NCBI GenBank assembly: GCA_963664705.1 | Contig: OY761556.1 | Span: 4,896,001-4,960,000 of the forward strand | DNA: 64,000 bases | Reading direction: 5' to 3' | Origin: Acidobacteriota bacterium | GTDB lineage: Bacteria; Acidobacteriota; UBA6911 | Shown here: positions 59,396 through 64,000 of the stretch, piece after piece | How the letters are laid out: each line of letters starts with the position of its first letter | How positions within the stretch are numbered: the stretch's first letter is position 1 | Notes under the pieces: generated by a model | Told to the model about the DNA's origin: nothing | The model's database searches: none | What the model saw: the letters and a program-made list of their open reading frames with translations, nothing else | Position numbers and translations under genes: made by a program

Positions 59396-60853
59396 TTACC
59401 CATCCTGCTTGCCGAGATACCTCAAGGCGTTCTTCCCCGCGAGACGCCCCGAGTTCATGGCGAAGCAGGAGGAAAGCCCGGTAGAAGACCGGATACTGTA
59501 GCTGTCGCCGTACATCCCTCCGGCGTCAAAGCCGCCCGCGTAAAGTCCGGGCACAATCTGGTCTTCCTTGTCCACAACTTCGGTTTTTTCGTTTATCTTG
59601 ATCCCCCCCATGGTCCCCAAAAAAACAGTCTGGGTTTTAACGGCGTAAAACCGTGGACCACGAATGGGTCTCAAGTAACGCGGGTTCTTGGCAAAGAGCT
59701 CGTCATGTCCCTGGTCGCAATAGCGGTTGTATTGCTCCACCGTGGCTTGCAGCTTGACGGGGTCGACTTGTATGAGAGCAGCGAGACCGGCAATGGAATC
59801 TGCCTGATAGACATCGTCGGGACGGGTCGTGGGCGCTTCCTCGAGTTCCCTGGCAAGGTTGGTCAGGCGCGATCCGGGTGGAAAATCTAGCGCCATTGCC
59901 TTATCAATGCCCCTTTCAGCGAGCTGCCGGACGATTGAGGTATCGAAGATGCTATAGCCACAGCCCTTGTTCTGTTTAATGGAAGCATTTCCCATTGACG
60001 TGTCGTCGAATGTGACCGTCTCATCACAGAACCTTTCGCCCCGAGTGTTGATCCACAGATCGGGTTGGACTACGGCAAACCCGACTTCGGTCATGGTACC
60101 GGGACGATCCCGGCTGGTTCTGAGCATCTCGATGACGGTGATCCCTTCCGAGGCCGCACCGATATCGTGAGCCATGCGGATGCCATCGCCCATTTTTTCC
60201 TCGTTTCCGACCGGAAATAGATTCACTTCGAGATCAAGGCCTGTGTACCTTTTAATCCATTCGGCGTTGTTGGCATAGCCGCCGCTGGCCACGAAAACCA
60301 CCCGGGCGTCTACACGCACCTCTTCGCCGTTTTCCTCCACGATAATTCCTGCGACGCGGCCGCTTTCCACTATGATTTTCTTGACGGGGGTTGACGTCTT
60401 GATCGTAACCCCTTTTCCAACCGCATGGGCACTCAAGGCCTTAACCACATCTTCGCCGGAGTTTTTAACCAGGTGATAGGTTTGCGGAGCGCCGGGGATA
60501 TTGGTTACTACATCGGTGAAGACAACGCCTCTCTCCTGCAGCCAGGGGATGGTGTTGGCCGATTCATTTACAATAGCTCTCACGAGACGCGCGTTGGCGA
60601 GCCAATGGCTGTATTCCATAATATTCTGAAAGGCTTCATCCCGGCTGTAAGCAATGCATTTTCTCCGCTGCATCTCGCTTTCTGCCGCAAAGGTCCCCCT
60701 AAAGTTGAAGGAAGTGCCTCCAATGGTTGGCCTCTTTTCGAAAACCGCCACTTTCGCACCTGCTTCGGCGAGGGTTACTGCGGCTGTGAGCGCGCAGGCG
60801 CCCGAGCCGATCGTCACTGCATCGTATTCGCTTATGCGTTTCATCCTCTTCAC
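59396..60853 (-). CDS. FAD-dependent oxidoreductase (flavocytochrome c / fumarate reductase-like, FAD_binding_2)
   Basis: 'IGSGACALTAA', 'ASGGY', 'GDGIRMA', 'GTMGGIKIN', 'GLYAGG', 'NSGRLAG'. Confidence 0.85.
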   Translation of the reverse strand: MKRMKRISEYDAVTIGSGACALTAAVTLAEAGAKVAVFEKRPTIGGTSFNFRGTFAAESEMQRRKCIAYSRDEAFQNIMEYSHWLANARLVRAIVNESANTIPWLQERGVVFTDVVTNIPGAPQTYHLVKNSGEDVVKALSAHAVGKGVTIKTSTPVKKIIVESGRVAGIIVEENGEEVRVDARVVFVASGGYANNAEWIKRYTGLDLEVNLFPVGNEEKMGDGIRMAHDIGAASEGITVIEMLRTSRDRPGTMTEVGFAVVQPDLWINTRGERFCDETVTFDDTSMGNASIKQNKGCGYSIFDTSIVRQLAERGIDKAMALDFPPGSRLTNLARELEEAPTTRPDDVYQADSIAGLAALIQVDPVKLQATVEQYNRYCDQGHDELFAKNPRYLRPIRGPRFYAVKTQTVFLGTMGGIKINEKTEVVDKEDQIVPGLYAGGFDAGGMYGDSYSIRSSTGLSSCFAMNSGRLAGKNALRYLGKQDG

Positions 60854-61013
60854 CTCTCAGCATATTTTGCCCGCACGGATTTGGGCATAATGGAATTATG
60901 ACTGCAGTATATAAGGCCTATTCGACACGGAAATCAACTAATGTAGTAAGTCAGAAGTCCTTTATCATTCGGAAATCATGTTTTAGCCGCGGAGGCGCTC
61001 ATCCTCGCCAGGA

Positions 61014-62489
61014 TTATTTATGCACTATCGCAAAGTCGATCCATCCATTGGGTACGCTCACCTCTACCAGCCTGGCTCGGCAGCGATCTCCGACGTCGAG
61101 TCCCTGCTCTCCCCGTACCACCTTTCCTTCCACCGGCGGTCGCATAATCCGAATCCAGGTTCCCTTATCCGAAGCTCCTGTGACAATCGCATCAAAGGTT
61201 TCTCCGATATGTTTTGAAAGCAGTGCCGCACCGGCAGATTTGCGCACCTGCCGCTCCACCTTATCTGCTTCGTTCTCTCGTTCGGTACAATGGGATGCAA
61301 GTGCCTCCAAATCTCCAACTGGAGGAGGTGCCGCACCGGAAAGAGCGGCCTTGAGCAGCCTATGGGTAACAAGGTCGGGATAGCGGCGATTGGGGGCTGT
61401 GGAATGACTGTAATCACGCACGGCCAGACCAAAATGTCCCAACGGAGCTTGCCCCGGTGTTTCCAGCATATACTCGCCTCGGCCCAGCAGCTTCACGACG
61501 GTTAATGACAGATCCGGAAATCTCAATGGATCCCTGGCCTTTTCTTTTGCCAAGAACCGATTGAGCGCCCTTGCGTCAGGTTCAGCCGGCAGGTCGCTTC
61601 CCAGGTTTTCGGCAGTGGCGACAATGCGCTGCCATCTTTCCGGAGAACGCACCACGCGACGGAATGTGGGAAATCCTTTCTTCATCAGGTAGCGCGCAGT
61701 GACTCCGTTGGCTGCGACCATGAGATCTTCAATCAGTTCCTGCGCGCGGTTTTGTGACTCTGCAACAAGATCCACCACCACTTCATTTTCCATGACCGCG
61801 CGAGACTGCATTGTTTCGAGGTCCAGCGCACCATGCTCATGTCTTGCCATTCGAAGTCGCTGGGCGGCGGCATCCTGTGTCCGGAGCTGGGCATCCAATC
61901 CCGCCACCCTGGCTGCCTCCGGAGGCAACGGCGCTTTCCCTTCCAACCAGGCTGCCACGGCGTTGTAGGTGAGTTTGGCCTTATTCCGAACCCACGCCTG
62001 GTAAACGCGGGGTTCTCCGACAGAGCCGTCGGGCCCGACGACGAATTCAAAGACGAAGGCTTGGCGGTCTTCGTTGGCATTCAGCGAAGTCAGATCCCAG
62101 GAAAGACGCTCGGGAAACATAGGGAAGATGCGTACGCCTGTATAAACGGAGGTGGTGTTGTAGCGCGCGTGGCGGTCCAGTGGCGTATCTCTTTGTACCA
62201 GAGCGTCCACGTCAGCCACCCCGACCAATATCTTCGTTCGCCCGTCAGGCAGATCCTCCGAAACAGTGACCTGGTCCAGATCCCGCGAATCATCGTTGTC
62301 AATGGAACACCAGGGAAGATCCGTCAAGTCATCAAGCCGGTCGGAGCGGTTTTTGACCGGTTCACGCATTGAGGCCGCTTGCTCAAAAGCCGCTTTGGGA
62401 AAATTTGCTTCGAATCCATGTGATGCCATGGCTTCGATGGCGATTTGCTGGAGGTTGTAGGTTCTGTCCGAGTGATTATGATTATTCAT
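61014..62489 (-). CDS. RNB-domain exoribonuclease (RNase II/R family)
   Basis: 'SIDNDDSRDLDQ', 'HFGLA...YSHSTAPNRRYPDL'. Confidence 0.9.
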   Translation of the reverse strand: MNNHNHSDRTYNLQQIAIEAMASHGFEANFPKAAFEQAASMREPVKNRSDRLDDLTDLPWCSIDNDDSRDLDQVTVSEDLPDGRTKILVGVADVDALVQRDTPLDRHARYNTTSVYTGVRIFPMFPERLSWDLTSLNANEDRQAFVFEFVVGPDGSVGEPRVYQAWVRNKAKLTYNAVAAWLEGKAPLPPEAARVAGLDAQLRTQDAAAQRLRMARHEHGALDLETMQSRAVMENEVVVDLVAESQNRAQELIEDLMVAANGVTARYLMKKGFPTFRRVVRSPERWQRIVATAENLGSDLPAEPDARALNRFLAKEKARDPLRFPDLSLTVVKLLGRGEYMLETPGQAPLGHFGLAVRDYSHSTAPNRRYPDLVTHRLLKAALSGAAPPPVGDLEALASHCTERENEADKVERQVRKSAGAALLSKHIGETFDAIVTGASDKGTWIRIMRPPVEGKVVRGEQGLDVGDRCRARLVEVSVPNGWIDFAIVHK

Positions 62490-62584
62490 TAGATGCTGCT
62501 TTCGAGATATGAACTCATGGATTCCGGTACTCGATGCAAGGCCTAAAGGCGCAACATTAAGTGAGACACGGAGGTATCCCGCTG

Positions 62585-63307
62585 TTAATACCCGACGAAA
62601 TCCTCGCTGTTAATCTCGTCTTCGTCAACGCCGGCTTCGCCAAGCATCTCCTTTACGGCCGCCACAAGGGCTGGAGGTCCGGCCGTGTAGTAAATCGGCT
62701 CTCTCAAGTCGTCGACGAATTTCGTCAACATCTCTTTGTTGATATATCCCCTTTCGCCTGTCCAGGCGATCTTGGATTGGCTCAGATCGGTCATGGTGGG
62801 AATAAGAGCGAAAGTTGAATTCCTCTGCGCGAGTTCTTGCAGTTCGCCCAGAAAAGCCGCATCCTCCGGACGACGATTCGAATAAAAAAGAAGAATGCGA
62901 TGCCCGGTTCCGGCTTGCGCGGCCTGCAGCAGCATGCTGCGGAACGGCGTAATGCCGATTCCGCCGGCGAGTATGACCGCCGGCCGGCTGACCTTACGAT
63001 GCAGCGTCATGGATCCGAACGGACCTTCTATTTGAAGCTCCGATCCGAACGCCATGCTTCGGAGAACCCGTTTGAAGGCAGTATCGCGCTGACGAGTGGC
63101 AACCATAATCCAAGGCTCGTGTGGAGCGCTCGCAATCGAGAACGATCGCTTGTCTCCTTCCGCGTCGGTTTCGGGCGGGTTGATGAGCGTCAAATCAATC
63201 GATTGCCCTCCTGCAAACGCAAATCCGTCCGGCTTGTCGAGGAAATAAGCCATGGTGCCCTCGGCTATCTGTTGACGGTCTTTCAGCCTCACCGTGTAAA
63301 TGCCCAT
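62585..63307 (-). CDS. Ferredoxin-NADP reductase-like FAD/NAD(P) oxidoreductase
   Basis: 'RSFSIAS', 'EGPFG', 'AGGIGITPF', 'AGPP', terminal 'FVGY'. Confidence 0.88.
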   Translation of the reverse strand: MGIYTVRLKDRQQIAEGTMAYFLDKPDGFAFAGGQSIDLTLINPPETDAEGDKRSFSIASAPHEPWIMVATRQRDTAFKRVLRSMAFGSELQIEGPFGSMTLHRKVSRPAVILAGGIGITPFRSMLLQAAQAGTGHRILLFYSNRRPEDAAFLGELQELAQRNSTFALIPTMTDLSQSKIAWTGERGYINKEMLTKFVDDLREPIYYTAGPPALVAAVKEMLGEAGVDEDEINSEDFVGY

Positions 63308-63371
63308 AGATCGGTTCCCTTCCAATAGGATCAGCGGGAGGAATGCTGAGACAATTCCTCCCGGTTGCCAG

Positions 63372-63869
63372 CTACACCTGCATGAACTTTTCTGCTTTCG
63401 TGCCGCAGATCGGACAGGAAGCGGGCGGCGCCCCCATTTCGATATGGCCGCAGACCGGGCACAAATAGAAATTGGTTTCGCTCAAATCCTTGCCGGCTTT
63501 CACGGCTTCGAGTGCCATTTTGTAGAGTTTTGCATGAACAGCCTCCGCCTTCATGGCAAACCCGAACATCCGCTTGGCGCGGTGATCCTCTTCAATCGCC
63601 TGCTGCAACATCGGGGGATACATCTCAACATGCTCCTGCGTCTCACCGGCCACGGCCGCGCTCAGATTCTCGGCCGTCGATCCAATCCCGTCCATGGCAC
63701 CAAAATGCCCGAGCGCATGGATGGTCTCGGCTTCCGCTGCGGTACGGAACAGCCGCGCCACATTTGTGAAACCTTCCTGTTCAGCCTTCTTTGCAAACGC
63801 CAGGTATTTCCGGTTTGCCTGGCTTTCGCCGGCAAATGCTTCCTTGAGATTACTTTCAGTAGTAGCCAT
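63372..63869 (-). CDS. rbr: Rubrerythrin
   Basis: 'AFAGESQA', 'AETIHA', 'AEAVH', rubredoxin-type 'CPVCG...CPICG'. Confidence 0.92.
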   Translation of the reverse strand: MATTESNLKEAFAGESQANRKYLAFAKKAEQEGFTNVARLFRTAAEAETIHALGHFGAMDGIGSTAENLSAAVAGETQEHVEMYPPMLQQAIEEDHRAKRMFGFAMKAEAVHAKLYKMALEAVKAGKDLSETNFYLCPVCGHIEMGAPPASCPICGTKAEKFMQV

Positions 63870-64000
63870 GATATTTCGTCTCCATAAACATCGTGAATTC
63901 CAATTCTTGCCTATGCAGGATAAAACAAACCGAAGCCTTACGGCTAAATTTATTCATATCTGCTGTGGATGACTTACAAAGGTATTCCACATATTCAGCG

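Overview
64 kb of chromosome from a probably anaerobic bacterium; the gene types (carboxypeptidase-domain TonB receptor, multiheme cytochromes, rubrerythrin) suggest Acidobacteriota, but this is inference. In order: a truncated TonB-dependent receptor; a TPR/GT-C glycosyltransferase with an SGNH-sxtK-sxtJ-carbamoyltransferase cassette; a HEAT protein; a multiheme cytochrome/NrfC/NrfD respiratory module; two outer-membrane barrel genes flanking a tiny Com-like zinc finger; nhaR/amphi-Trp/terC; a selenium/sulfur-metabolism island (LysR, porin, Cys-rich ModA-like protein, polyferredoxin, stand-alone NifB-like radical SAM enzyme, YedE, methyltransferase, cysteine desulfurase/Sec lyase, DUF3343); cheW-MCP; CusF-like, CDF and CZB genes; secDF; an acetoin/pyruvate dehydrogenase operon lacking E3; an IS110/IS1111 element; deaD and redox genes. 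Highlights: (1) a compact structured leader RNA overlapping a terminator, present twice with compensatory changes, upstream of cheW-MCP and of a CZB gene (candidate riboswitch/antiterminator I cannot assign to a family); (2) a NifB-like enzyme with all NifB motifs inside a selenium-type cluster with no nif genes in the window; (3) a signal-peptide uORF ending in RAPP, with an anti-SD, upstream of secDF (arrest-peptide monitor); (4) an IS1111 element whose 3' ncRNA carries readable guides to its REP-like target and donor junction. No tRNA, rRNA or CRISPR array seen. All calls are by eye; no searches were run.
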